Shown: piece after piece, positions 27,164 to 39,884 of the stretch
Position numbering within the stretch: position 1 is the first letter of the stretch
How the letters are laid out: every line of letters begins with the position of its first letter
Source of the DNA: Octopus bimaculoides
Taxonomy: Eukaryota
Assembly (NCBI RefSeq): GCF_001194135.2
Contig: NC_068992.1
Location: 15,455,892 to 15,517,034, forward strand
Direction: 5' to 3'
Length of the DNA: 61,143 bases
Position numbers and translations under genes: made by a program
Notes under the pieces: generated by a model
Seen by the model: only the letters and a program-made list of their open reading frames with translations
What the model was told of the DNA's origin: nothing
Databases searched by the model: none

Positions 27164-27192
27164 GTGGCTGTGTGGTAAGTAGCTCGCTTACC
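27164..27192 (+). mobile_element. Truncated SINE family A head
   Basis: GTGGCTGTGTGGTAAGTAGCTCGCTTACC matches the family A head, then switches to unrelated sequence. Confidence 0.65.
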
Positions 27193-28141
27193 TCACACCT
27201 GTTAGGACGTGTTTTTTTCTGCCTGCCAAATAAGAATTTTTGCTGCCATTGTTGGCTTTGTTATAATTGTTATCGCTGTTGTTACGTGAAGGATTGCCAT
27301 TACTGAACAGTTGAACCATATTTTTTCCTGGTTTTACCGGGAAATATTTCAAAAATATATACATTGACTCTGTTGGCCATTGTAGCATCTTTTTTTAATT
27401 AATTTTATTGCCAAAAAAAAAAAACAGTGAATAGTCTTTTTAGATTATTCTGTGCCCCTCCCCTTAACGGTGATGGGATTTGAAACATCTTTGTCCTCTT
27501 TCAGAGGAGAACATTTTTTCTCAGCTTGAAAAATATTTTTTCATAGGTTTCCCTGTTTAAAAATATTTCTTCATAGGATTCCCAGTTTGTGTTAAAAACT
27601 GCTATTATGTCTATTGAATTTATTTCGTAAAAGGAGTCCACGTGGAGAGTGAAAAGTATCTCGCTTACCTAACACCTGTTCGGGCGTTTTTTCTTTTTTT
27701 TTCTGTCTGCCGGTAAGAATTTTTGCTGCCATTGTTGACTTTGTTATAGCTGTTATCGCTGTTGTTCCGTGAAGGATTGCCATTGCTGAACTGTTGAACC
27801 ATATTTTTTCCCGGTTTTACCCGGAAATATTTCAAAAATATATACATTGACTTTGTTGACCATTGCGGCATCTTTATTTTTAAATTTTATTGCCAAAAAA
27901 AGTTGTGAATAGTCTTTTTAGATTATTCTGTGCCCCTTCCCCGAACAGGGATGGGATTTGAAACATCTTTGTCCTCTTTTGGAGAACATCTTTTTTTTTT
28001 TTTTACAGCTTGAAAATTATTTTTTCATAGGTTTCCCTGTTTAAAAATATTTTTTCAAAGGTTTCCCAGTTTGCGTGGGAAAATTATTATTATGTCAATT
28101 GAATTTATTTCGCAAAAGGAGTCACTCGTTGAGAGTGAAAA
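27179..28141 (+). repeat. Two diverged tandem units (27179-27655, 477 bp; 27656-28141, 486 bp), each with an internal ~30-bp doublet
   Basis: Both units start GTA(G/T)CTCGCTTACCT(C/A)ACACCTGTT and end GAGAGTGAAAA; roughly 85-90% identical by eye. Confidence 0.92.
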
Positions 28142-28142
28142 C

Positions 28143-28541
28143 ATGGCGAAAAAATTTTCAGAGGTTGCTGAAGTGGCAACCGAAAATATCGAAATCGATA
28201 TAAACAAGCTCGGTGAGCTGTTTAAAAGAATGAAGCAGGTGGGTGGTGATGTAAAAACATCACCTTCAGCTTCGATTATTAATACGGAGAAACGGACTGT
28301 GATATTTAAAACCTTTTGTCCAAAAGACAAAAGGTTTAAACATTTCGAAAAAGATGCCATCGAAAAACGCCTGTCCCCGATTTGGAGAGACATAGTTTAT
28401 ATCGCCAAGGGACGGGCATATGGAGTAGTAGAGGTTCGTTTCTCAGGGGAAGAAGTGGCCCGAGGGCACTCGGTGTTTCCATTCCACGTGTCCCTTCCAG
28501 TCCTGTTTAGTCTAATCTGTCTTTTCAAAACAGATACATAA
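28143..28541 (+). pseudogene. 3'-truncated ORF resembling the N-terminus of a Tx1/L1-clade LINE ORF1 protein
   Basis: Non-repetitive open frame with good start context (AAAACATGG): MAKKFSEVAEVATENIEIDINKLGELFK...YIAKGRAYGVVEVRFSGEEVAR, an RRM-like pattern. Composition shifts after ~28473. Family assignment is from recalled similarity only. Confidence 0.55.
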
Positions 28542-29139
28542 ATGTAATTTCGAAGATATTCAGTGATTTTTAAACAGTACTTAGCAACTATTTTACAAAA
28601 TATTTCACTTCTGAAATTAATAATTTAGTAATTATCAAATTAGGTTATTGATGACAAGTTAGAAAATATATTTGTAGAAGACACCACTGTTATTTATTCA
28701 TATCAATTCATAAAAATTTAAATGGCGATTTAGATATGCTTAATTGTAACAAATTAATAATTAATATTAAAAGTTTCTTTAAAAACACTGGAAAATATTG
28801 CCATAATCAATTAAATATATTTTAAAGAGTTCTGTAATATTCAGGATTAATAATATTTTATAATTTCAGTTGAAAAATAATTATTACTGGCAAATAAAAA
28901 CCCGTTCCTTTTTTCTTTGTTTGCAATCATGGAATATGATAGGAATATTATACATAATTCATATGATTAATATCAGTAATCTTATTTTGAAAACAAGAAT
29001 GTTAAGGATCACATGAAAAATTAAAAAAAAAACAATATATATATATATGTCTCCGTGTATTAAGACAAGTGAGTTTCAATTATATGCGCCCATGTGTGAA
29101 TATATGTGTCCGTCAGGGTGTGTGTGTGTATATATATAT

Positions 29140-30050
29140 ATATACGTATGTATGTATGTAAGTACGTATATACGTATGTATGTAAGTACGTACGTAATGT
29201 ACGTATGTACGTATGTATGTTTGTACGTATGTATGTTTGTATTTACATATGTACGTATGTACGAACGTACGTAATGTGTATATGTATGTATGTATAAATG
29301 TACGAATGTACATATTTACGTATGTACGTACGTACGTACATACGTACATACGTACACAGATACATACATACATTACGTACGTACATACGTATATAGGTAC
29401 ACACGTACATACGTACATATGTACATACATACATACATACATACGTATACACGTACATTACGTACGTACGTTCATACGTATATACGTACATACATACGTA
29501 CATACATACATACATACATACATACGTATGTACGTATGCATGTATGTATGTATGTATGTATGTACATACGTACATTACGTACGTACGGAAGTATATATAT
29601 ACGTACATACGTACATAGGTATATACGTACATACATACGTATGTATGTATGTAATGTACGTAATGTACGTACGTATGTGTGTATGTATGTACGTATGTAC
29701 GTACGTACGTACTTACGTAATGTACGTATGTATGTATGTATGTATGTACGTACGTATGTACGTACTTACGTACCTAATGTATGTATGTACGTATGTACGT
29801 ACGTACGTACCTAATGTATGTATGTACGTATGTACGTATGTACGTACGTACGTACGTACGTAATGTATGTATGTATGTACGTATGTACGTATGTGCGTAT
29901 GTGCGTATGTATGTACGTAATGTACGTATGTACGTATTACGTACGTATGTAGGTACAAAATGTACGTATGTATGTATGTAAGTATGTACGTATGTATGCA
30001 TGTACTATGTACGTATGTACTACGTACGTACGTACGTACGTTATGTATGA
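29140..30050. repeat. ~900-bp complex (TACG/TATG/CATA)n satellite with internal orientation switches
   Basis: Direct reading; near-continuous purine/pyrimidine alternation; source of the YVRMYV/TYIH ORFs. Confidence 0.95.
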
Positions 30051-31799
30051 TAATATACATATATACATATATGTAAATATACAGGAAGAGAGAGAGAAAG
30101 AGGGAGAGAGAAATGGATAGACAGACAGACAGTTATAGTTATAATTGTATATTAGATTTATAGAAAATTATTTATTCCGCTGAAATCCACTGGAACCCTT
30201 AGTTTATGTGTAATTCAAAGTTTGTTAAAATAATGTTTCGTGCCATTATCAGAGACAATACACTGTAGATAAACATACGTTTATAATTACTTCTGCACAC
30301 GCGTTCATACATGTAAGGCAGTTACTGTTAGCCATTAAACCATTGCGTTGCTCTCTATCCAATTGTGACACATTCTTGGCAAATATAGTGACTCTGGTTC
30401 TCTCACCCAACCTCACTAATTTCTTATGCTCGTTCGATACGACCACAGTTGTTGTTATGCCAATATATTAAAATGTTTTCAATGAAATGTTTAAACATAC
30501 TTAACAGTGTATGTATAAGTGTATGGATGGATATATGTATGTACGTATCTATATATGCATGCGGGTGTTATTGATTAAAACATGTGTCTTATGAATTCTA
30601 TTTATTTCTATTTGAAAGGTAAAATACGTGACTTTCCTCGGCTGTAACAAATCTATATAATTTTGTATATTCGTTAAACCATAAGGAGTTTTTTCGTTAC
30701 ATTTAGAAACATCAAGCGAACGCCATATCTTCTCGATCGCCAGAGTTGCTATAAGTAACAGGTGAACTTCATTCAAATTTTACTGTCATAAATCGATAAA
30801 GTAGATAAATTAGAGAAATCCGAATCAAGATATGTCAGAATAGATAGGGAGTTGGTGACGGCATGAAATCCGATGGAAAGATGGAAATTTTATTCAAAAT
30901 AACATATTCATAAGTTATATATGCCTGATGTCCGAAAGAGTTGAATTTGTACGAAACAAGATTTAAAACTGATAAAAATCTAAGTATTTAACAAAATGTA
31001 TTCACGCCAATAGCATCAAACAAGACTATTTGCCAAACGTCCAAATTCACACTCAACATTTAGCATACAAAAAAAAACAACAATAACAACAGCACCATTA
31101 AAAAAAGGACTGCCATTATCTCCCTTATCAATGACATACCCTACCGGCAGCCATCATTTAAATAAATACACGTACGTAATTTTATTTAACATATCTCACA
31201 ATATCAAGAGCTCCACCGCAAACAAATGACCTTTATAAGGAAGAAATTTTTTTAAATCAAACACGACCTATACGTCGAGATATTTCAGGAAACATCTATC
31301 CAATAACAACAACACAGGAAACGTGATTTCTCATTAGACTCCGACAGGAATTAGTCGTCCAAGCCAATACAGAAGGCGTCTCATTAGCATCATAAAATCA
31401 ATATCTAATACATAGACGCAACATTGACTTTCGAATTCTAGTAGAAAACAACGACACTCTAGAAATGTAGAGAACCAAATTGAGAAAAACAGCATCGAGA
31501 AACACATTAATAGATAATTAATATACAACAATACCTTTGACCTCAACAACTATGAAACCAGTGTAAAAAGTTTCATGCCCCCAATACAACTTTAAAATCC
31601 CTCAAATGCTATGAATTAATGGTGGTGGGGTCGAATAATTTTGTTACAGATCTTATACGGATATAATATCAGATGTGACACGCAACTGAATCACAGGCTA
31701 AATTCTCTACTTTAGGCTCAATGTGTATAATGGGGCAGAGAAAAGATTCTAAAATCTCCTAAAATATTTTGGAAAAGGGTAGATAGGAATGATGATAAC

Positions 31800-32330
31800 A
31801 TATCTAAAGCCTGTATGATAATAATAGATTTGATAATATAATATTTATAGATGTGACAGTTAATAGCGATTTAACTAGTAATATTAAGAGAATCCTCCTA
31901 GAAACTTACCTTTAAAATCAATCAGAGGAAAAATTGGTAGATCTATTAAATCGATCTTCTATAAATCTTTTCGAATTAAGGATGATGCCTGTAAAGATTG
32001 ATGCAAATATGTGCCATAAAACCACATATCAACTACAAGGTTAGAAATACTCCGTAGCATATAAAATGCCACGAAGATGTACATCCAAATCTCAATAAAA
32101 CTTACATAGGAAAGACAAATCGGACAGTTAGGAAAATGTCTACTGAGCACTGACACCGCTAAACTAATAAGATTTTAACATAATGCATTGAATAAACACA
32201 ATGCTTCAGACAATAGACTTAATGGGGATGTCACTGCCACACATCAATCTGACAAAATGCTACGCCACGTAACTGAACCAGTTTCCATACGAAAACACTG
32301 ACACAATGTCAACAGTAACTCTGAATGAAA
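31800..32330 (+). mobile_element. Degenerate Penelope-like element, GIY-YIG endonuclease region
   Basis: VAYKMP...NKTYIGKTNRTVRKMSTEH and LRHVTEPVSIRKH resemble PLE VVYKIPC..YIGxTxRxLxxRxxEH..KRLIxESxxI. Confidence 0.7.
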
Positions 32331-32593
32331 TTGCATAAATGTATCATCACAACAAAGGTATATTAACTCTGTCGAGAGATAAGCATTGGTCTGTGCATAT
32401 ATGTGTATATGTATGTGTGGGTGTTTTTGCGTGTGCATAAAAGAGGCTGAGCACTTCCGGCTAACATGTCTGCAGAATCGTCAATAATACAAAGTGCAAA
32501 CCGTTGGTAGCTTTCTGACCGGTTATATGCCAAGACCAGGAATTATACTTTTCGACAATTTTAAAATATGTATCTTCGATTTCTTCTCTAGTG

Positions 32594-32780
<187 letters not shown>

Positions 32781-33278
32781 AAACAACAACCAGAAGAAGG
32801 TGAAAGAGATGTAGTGGAATGGTAATAATGATACATAAGGACAAAGTTGTAAACCAGAAAAAGAAGATGAAAACAGAAAAGGAACGAAACGTGGTGAAGA
32901 TAAACAGCGACAGATGTCAAGAGGTCAAACAAGATATATATACAGCAGACATGAACTCTATGATTTCTGCAAGATCTTACCTTGAAATAAATTTCAAACA
33001 GTTGCAGTGCAAACGTGCAAATTATAAAAATTAAACGAAAATTGCTTCCATAGCTTTGGATGCCAAATGTTCTAAAATATTCTAAAATTATCTTTAACGT
33101 CACGTGCTTAATAATTTGTTACCAAAGCTGATAAAAAAGAATTTCAAAATACGCATTTAAAGAATATACTTTTATATGTGTGCATGTGCCAGTGTGTGTG
33201 TGTGTGTGTGTGTATGTTTGTGTGTACTCATACTCGCTCAAACATATTTGCACTTACGTAACAGCATTCAAGTTCACG

Positions 33279-33328
<50 letters not shown>

Positions 33329-33716
33329 TGTATATNNNNNNNNNNNNNNNNNNNNNNNNNNNNNNNNNNNNNNNNNNNNNNNNNNNNNNNNNNNNNNNNN
33401 NNNNNNNNNNNNNNNNNNNNNNNNNNNNNNNNNNNNNNNNNNNNNNNNNNNNNNNNNNNNNNNNNNNNNNNNNNNNNNNNNNNNNNNNNNNNNNNNNNNN
33501 NNNNNNNNNNNNNNNNNNNNNNNNNNNNNNNNNNNNNNNNNNNNNNNNNNNNNNNNNNNNNNNNNNNNNNNNNNNNNNNNNNNNNNNNNNNNNNNNNNNN
33601 NNNNNNNNNNNNNNNNNNNNNNNNNNNNNNNNNNNNNNNNNNNNNNNNNNNNNNNNNNNNNNNNNNNNNNNNNNNNNNNNNNNNNNNNNNNNNNNNNNNN
33701 NGCATTCAAGTTCACG

Positions 33717-33759
<43 letters not shown>

Positions 33760-34222
33760 GTATATGTATATATATATATGTATGTATGCATAAATATAAA
33801 ATGTGTGTGTGTGTATTTGTTTAAGCATGTCTGTACATATCTGTGTGTTGGGGGTCCACACATGCTTAAACATATTTGCACTTATGTAACTGCATTCCAC
33901 CTCACGAAATGTTTCAATGGATAAATAAATTAATAAATACATATATAAATAAAAGATAGTTCACTGCACATCCACCTACACACACACAAGAACGGTCGCA
34001 CCGATGCACACGTACGCTCATATCCACACAAATAAATAAACATACATACATAGAAGAATGCACGAGAAACTTAACACCAATTGCATTTATGTGAGTTGAC
34101 TTACACGATAAGTGCAATTAGCTAGATATATGTATATGTTGGGGTTTCTCTGTGCCTGTGTAAAGTATACGTATGTAAATATATGTGTTTACGCATTTAT
34201 ATATGCATATATAATTGTAAAT

Positions 34223-34617
34223 AGGTGCAGGCGTGTGGTAATAAGCTTGCTTACCCACCACATGGTCGCCGGTTCAGTCCCACTGCGTAGCAACTTGGGC
34301 AAGTGTCTTCTACTATAGCCTCGGGCCGACCAAAGCCTTGTGAGTGGATTTGGCAGGCGGAAACTGAAAGAAGCCCGTCGTATATATGTATATATATGTG
34401 TGTGTATGTTTGTTTGTCTGTGTTTGTCTCCCTAGCATTGCTTGACAACCGATGCTGGTGCGTTTATGTTACCGTCACTTATCAGTTCGGCAAAATAACC
34501 GATAGAATTAGTACTTGGCTTACAAAGAATAAGTCTTGGGGTCGATTTGCTTGACTAAAGGTGGTGCTCCAGCATGGCCGCAGTCAAATGACTGAAACAA
34601 GTAAAAGAGAAAAAGAA
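34223..34617 (+). mobile_element. Full-length SINE family A (abundant octopus-type SINE)
   Basis: tRNA-like head, GGGCAAGTGTCTTCTACTATAGCC core, internal (TA/TG) tract, 3' GGTGCTCCAGCATGGCCGCAGTCAAATGACTGAAACAAGTAAAAGA. Confidence 0.9.
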
Positions 34618-35008
34618 TATATATATATATATATGTATGTGTATATTTACAGGTATATGTGTATATACATATATATATGTATGTATATATACACATACAT
34701 GTATGTATGTATGTATGTATGCGTGTATGTATGTAGGTATGTTATATGTAAGCACATGCATATTATGCGTACCGGAACTGCCAAACGTGGTCACACTCAG
34801 GAACCTTACAAGTGCGCATAATTGCCCACACACACACACTCACCGGCGCCTACACCTACGTTCCCAAGGTGTTTTATGAACATAAGCAAGATGGTAATTA
34901 ACAAACATAGACACGCCAGTAACAGTGTTTCAGAAATAACGCGCCTAGAAATAATTTGAAGAAAGTACACGCTAAAATAATAACAACATACACATACATA
35001 ATATACAT

Positions 35009-35041
<33 letters not shown>

Positions 35042-35042
35042 G

Positions 35043-35232
35043 GAGAATATACAAATAATAACAACAGACGAGGACAGGTGGTGTAAATAACAAAAGGATA
35101 TATTAGTATGACGCTCGGGAATACGGAAAGTCTTTGACGTTTCGAGCTACGCTCTTCAACAGAAAGAATACGGAGACAAGGAGAAAAACACGGAGAAAAA
35201 AAATTGAATAGTGTTCAGTCAACGGTCAATCA
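35043..35232 (-). mobile_element. Penelope-like terminal repeat (pLTR) fragment
   Basis: Contains the hammerhead-like motif typical of PLE terminal repeats; no ORF. Confidence 0.55.
35131..35167 (-). ncRNA. Minimal type I hammerhead-ribozyme-like motif with variant core
   Basis: Minus strand UCUUU-CUGUUGA-A-GAGC(GUA)GCUC-GAAA-CGUC-AAAGA: helix I UCUUU/AAAGA, helix II GAGC/GCUC, palindromic ACGU helix III, GUC cleavage triplet. Confidence 0.65.
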
Positions 35233-35235
35233 TAA

Positions 35236-35369
35236 TACTTTCTCGCTCTTACATCCTTTATTGCATGCAGATATATATGCATATATACGCATATATACAT
35301 ATATGTATATGTGTGTGTGTATGTATATATATATCTGTATGCAATAAAGGATGTAAGAGCGAGAAAGTA
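35236..35369. repeat. Small inverted duplication (~43-bp arms) around an RY microsatellite
   Basis: TACTTTCTCGCTCTTACATCCTTTATTGCATGCAGATATATAT versus reverse complement of the right arm, one mismatch. Confidence 0.92.
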
Positions 35370-35576
35370 GGCGAGCGCTTTGGTGAGAGCGTGAGATGGG
35401 TAATTGCTTGATAGCATGTGACTTCGGTGGAGATGAAGTGAAATGATAACCACAGAGCAGAGTTGAAACATTCGTCAACATGATGTTCAGATACGTCTTC
35501 AAATATTATACATTTATAGAAGTATATACATATAGGCACGCACACGCGCGCGCGTACACATACACACACACGCATG

Positions 35577-35609
<33 letters not shown>

Positions 35610-35694
35610 GCACACACATACGTACATATTTATGCAATTGCATATGGGTATATATACCTAAGTATATACATAGATATACATATATATATGTATG

Positions 35695-35764
<70 letters not shown>

Positions 35765-36469
35765 CATATGTGTGTGTGTGTGTGTGTGTGTGTACGTGTG
35801 TATATACATACATAGTGAGATAGGGAGATTGAGAGATACAGACAAATACACACACACACACACACATCTATATATCCTTTGCAGGCGCAAACAAAATGCA
35901 TATTTAATCTCATTTATACATACTTATCGATGTAACTACATATATATACGCATACATATAGATATATAGGCATGTAAAGACTTACATATTCATATAGATG
36001 CACATCAGCATACACCTTCAAATCTATATAAAAGAATGCACACAAATGTACACTTGAAAGAAACGATTGCATGCGTATTCCCCTTATTTCTCTGCACATT
36101 TATTTAACATGTTATTAAAAGGCAGCTATGACAGTGCACAAGTTCATTTGTGTGCATATCCTGATATAATTCTTCTGTGCAGGTTCATTCGTTTGCAGGT
36201 AGTGATGATTTGGTTTTGTTCTTCTTTTATGCAGTGCAACAGCAAGATCATGTATCGTTCTCTTCATGCTGTTCTTCTGAAATACTTCACATTATTGAAG
36301 CTGGCTGGCATTAGGGGCGAGAACATATATATATATATATATATNNNNNNNNNNNNNNNNNNNNNNNNNNNNNNNNNNNNNNNNNNNNNNNNNNNNNNNN
36401 NNNNNNNNNNNNNNNNNNNNNNNNNNNNNNNNNNNNNNNNNNNNATAGAGCAGTATATATAATATAAAT

Positions 36470-36723
36470 AAAGTTAGATAAGGCCGGTTTACGGGATTAC
36501 CCTCAGTTTTTCACATCCATAAAGCGCTTAGCTTTATCAACAGATCCCAAACGTGTTGGTTTAAGGTCCCTGTAGCGTGTGGCCTCTGCATATTCTAGAG
36601 AGGCCACTTGATAGAGAGGCCTTAAGCAAACAGATTTGGTTTCTGATGATATGCCATAAAGCTAAGCGCTTTATGGATGTGAAAAACCCAGGGTAATCCC
36701 ATAAACTGGCCTTATCTAACTTT
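36470..36723. mobile_element. Fold-back element / MITE with ~68-bp inverted arms and palindromic interior
   Basis: AAAGTTAGATAAGGCCGGTTTACGGGATTACCCT..GCGCTTAGCTTTAT mirrored at the right end; inner GTGGCCTCT/AGAGGCCAC; no clear TSD. Confidence 0.7.
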
Positions 36724-38399
36724 CAGGTCGAATGTTCACGAGAAGATTTTGATAGCTCGGGTAAATGTTTGTTTAATTGTAGTGAGATTGTTTGCAATAA
36801 AAACGTGCCTTATAGACGAGAAAGAAGAAATTATCTAAACGAAAGAGTTAGCTCAAACCTATTAATTTCGACTGGAAATTCCTGCAATAAATGCAATATT
36901 TTATGTTACACTTAAACGTTACATGCATAAACATTGTCTTCTATCGCTGTTGGATAACAAACTAATTTATTTAAAATTTCTCAGTACATTAACACCAGAT
37001 AGAATCCTAACATTTATGTGTCCAACTCAACAGCTTTATATAAACTCACAAAACATCATGAATATACATTAACACGCGATAGTCGAAAGTATGGATATCA
37101 TTAGACTACATTATATAAACATGAACCATGCCAGGGTATTCTACTGCCTGTCCCAGACATTTGATAAATCCGAAAATTTCAAAAGATCGTAAATTAGGTC
37201 TGAATTCCAGTGATATAACGATGGTTTCAATGTAATTAACGTTATCATTTTTGTTTAATTAAAACTGCTCGTATATACAATTAGTTTGTGATATAAACCA
37301 TCATGAAGAAACGGGTATTAACTGAACAGTTGATGATTTTCCTATGGCTTGGAAATATTCAAAGAAATATTTTCGAAGAATACTTGAAGTAACCAATCCA
37401 TGGATGTGTTTTATACTGAAAGTAATTACTTTATTGCTGAGTTAAGATGCATTGATGGGCCGTCACGTGTACTAGGTACTTGCATGCTTCTGTTTTCTAC
37501 GTATAGAAAATATGCGCGCGCGCGAGCGTGTGTGCGTGATTACGTATATGTATAAATATATACACATGTATGTTTGTGCATATATATANNNNNNNNNNNN
37601 NNNNNNNNNNNNNNNNNNNNNNNNNNNNNNNNNNNNNNNNNNNNNNNNNNNNNNNNNNNNNNNNNNNNNNNNNNNNNNNNNNNNNNNNNNNNNNNNNNNN
37701 NNNNNNNNNNNNNNNNNNNNNNNNNNNNNNNNNNNNNNNNNNNNNNNNNNNNNNNNNNNNNNNNNNNNNNNNNNNNNNNNNNNNNNNNNNNNNNNNNNNN
37801 NNNNNNNNNNNNNNNNNNNNNNNNNNNNNNNNNNNNNNNNNNNNNNNNNNNNNNNNNNNNNNNNNNNNNNNNNNNNNNNNNNNNNNNNNNNNNNNNNNNN
37901 NNNNNNNNNNNNNNNNNNNNNNNNNNNNNNNNNNNNNNNNNNNNNNNNNNNNNNNNNNNNNNNNNNNNNNNNNNNNNNNNNNNNNNNNNNNNNNNNNNNN
38001 NNNNNNNNNNNNNNNNNNNNNNNNNNNNNNNNNNNNNNNNNNNNNNNNNNNNNNNNNNNNNNNNNNNNNNNNNNNNNNNNNNNNNNNNNNNNNNNNNNNN
38101 NNNTATATATATATACATGTGTGTGTGTGTGTATGCTTGTTATTGTTCAGTTTTATTTCAAGATTTCTTGCCAATAGAGAAAGAACCGGTTTCTTACCAA
38201 GATCCAATGATCCTCCATTGGAATTTCAAAATCAATAACAGGGTGGTCTTTTTTTATGTATGTATGCATGTATGTATGCATGCATGTATGTGTATGCCCA
38301 GATTTGTATGGTTTATGTATGTATTTTCATGCATATAGTTGCGTATCTAGACATGCTCATATATATTTAAAGGATAAACTTCTGACAAGTTTTACAGGT

Positions 38400-39830
38400 T
38401 TTTATATTTCCAGTGATGGATTGGATCTGTAATCTTCAAATTAGCTTTCTCTTTTCTGGTTTTGAGAAGCCTAATTTCTCAAAATTGGTATGTTACATAT
38501 CCCTGGGCCTCAATAATTACAGTTATAAATCTGAAATTGTAATTAAAGATTATTATAAATCTGAACTTGTAATTACAGATTATTGTAATTCTGAACTTGT
38601 AATTACAGAGTTCAGCATAGGTATTCTCCTATTCCCTGATCGTTAACTTTATGTTAACATCCGCTGGGCATTTAATTTCTACAATTCTACACAGTTTTGT
38701 TTCTCTATCCCAAATCATTATATCAGGTCTGTTGTGCTTACTTTTTATTGAGGCCTTCAGTGCGACATTCCATCAGTACCCCTTTTTATTATGAGTGGCT
38801 ATGGTTTCTACCATACTATAGGTTCTTATTTATGTGTCCTCGGGTTTATACTTCCCACGGATTTCCTTATAGAGTGTCCTATCTACAACATAATGTCTCA
38901 TCGGTAGATAAAGCCATGATGACATTTTCGGACAGCTGCTTATGATATGCGTGATATTTTCAATGTGAATTCCACGAAGTCTGCATCGGTTGTCACATTT
39001 TACGGCTTTTCCTGCACCTCTATCCCTTTTGTGCATCAGGTACTTGGTTGATATTTCTTGTCCTGGATTGCAAACGCATACTCTTTAAAGTGGGAGGTAG
39101 TAATCCGACTACTGGTCTACGATAGACTGCTCTGATGATCAATATTACTATCATCTCGGAGCTTTTTACTAACATATCCATGCATAGTGTTCTGCTCATA
39201 TAGGCTTATCCTTTCATCTGATGACAGGTTACAGTAGAGTCGTGCGACTTCTTTGGGTATGTTTTCTAGGTTATCAGGCAAGGAATGTTTCTCAAAGAGC
39301 TGCCTTCCAAATCTTATGATGTTATCAGCCTCATGTATGCAAACTTGGTCAAGGGATGGACTTTGACACAGGGCAGTTAAAAGATGCTGCCGATGGGATA
39401 TGATACGACATGGAAAGACCTTTTTAATCGATGTTAAGCCTCTGCCGCTTTGTTTTCGTTTCCGGTAGAAGCGGTTTAAGTAACTGTTTATGTAGACATT
39501 ATGTGCGCTTGTTAGTATTTTTCAGGTTTTCACATCAATGGCTCGGATCTCATCAAACGTCCAATCAAGCAGCCCAAATGTTGCTATGAGTACCGGTACT
39601 GCAAACACATTGTGGGCCACTGTTTTATTAAATGCAGAGAGTTCTGTGGTCCGAATCTTCTTTATTCGGCTGTAATATTCTTTAGTGACTCGTGTTTTGT
39701 TACAGGTGCTATTGTAAGATATGTTTTCATCCACCTCTACACATTTGTGACATTCCTCGTCAGATATAGGACTAACAGTCAAATCATTCATGGAGATGTT
39801 GCTAGTCTGGTTTATAGTTCTCTCTTTTCA
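38400..39830 (-). mobile_element. Degenerate R4/Dong-clade non-LTR retrotransposon, 3' part (RT thumb, CCHC knuckle, RLE C-terminus)
   Basis: RVTKEYYSRIKKIRTTELSAFNKTVAHNVFAVPVLIATFGLLDWTFDEIRAIDVKT; KRKQSGRGL; AIQEQEISTKYL..CRLRGIHIENITHIISSCPKMS..RH; YKFRFITVIIEAQGYVT. Confidence 0.85.
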
Positions 39831-39884
39831 CAACCATATAACAACATTTATCCTGACCAACCGCCAACCTTACACCCTTTGAGA

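Noticed and set aside
27188-27871. Paired minus-strand ORFs in the two tandem units (..NGNPSRNNSDN..)
   Set aside because: Short, and their similarity is explained by the DNA duplication; no evidence of coding constraint.
33262-33760. Same sequence (GCATTCAAGTTCACGTACATAC..) on both sides of the gap
   Set aside because: Most likely overlapping contig ends that failed to merge across (TA)n, not a real duplication.
34770-34821. HTQEPYKCA resembling a C2H2 zinc-finger linker
   Set aside because: No preceding CxxC..H finger and a stop follows immediately; embedded in low-complexity sequence.
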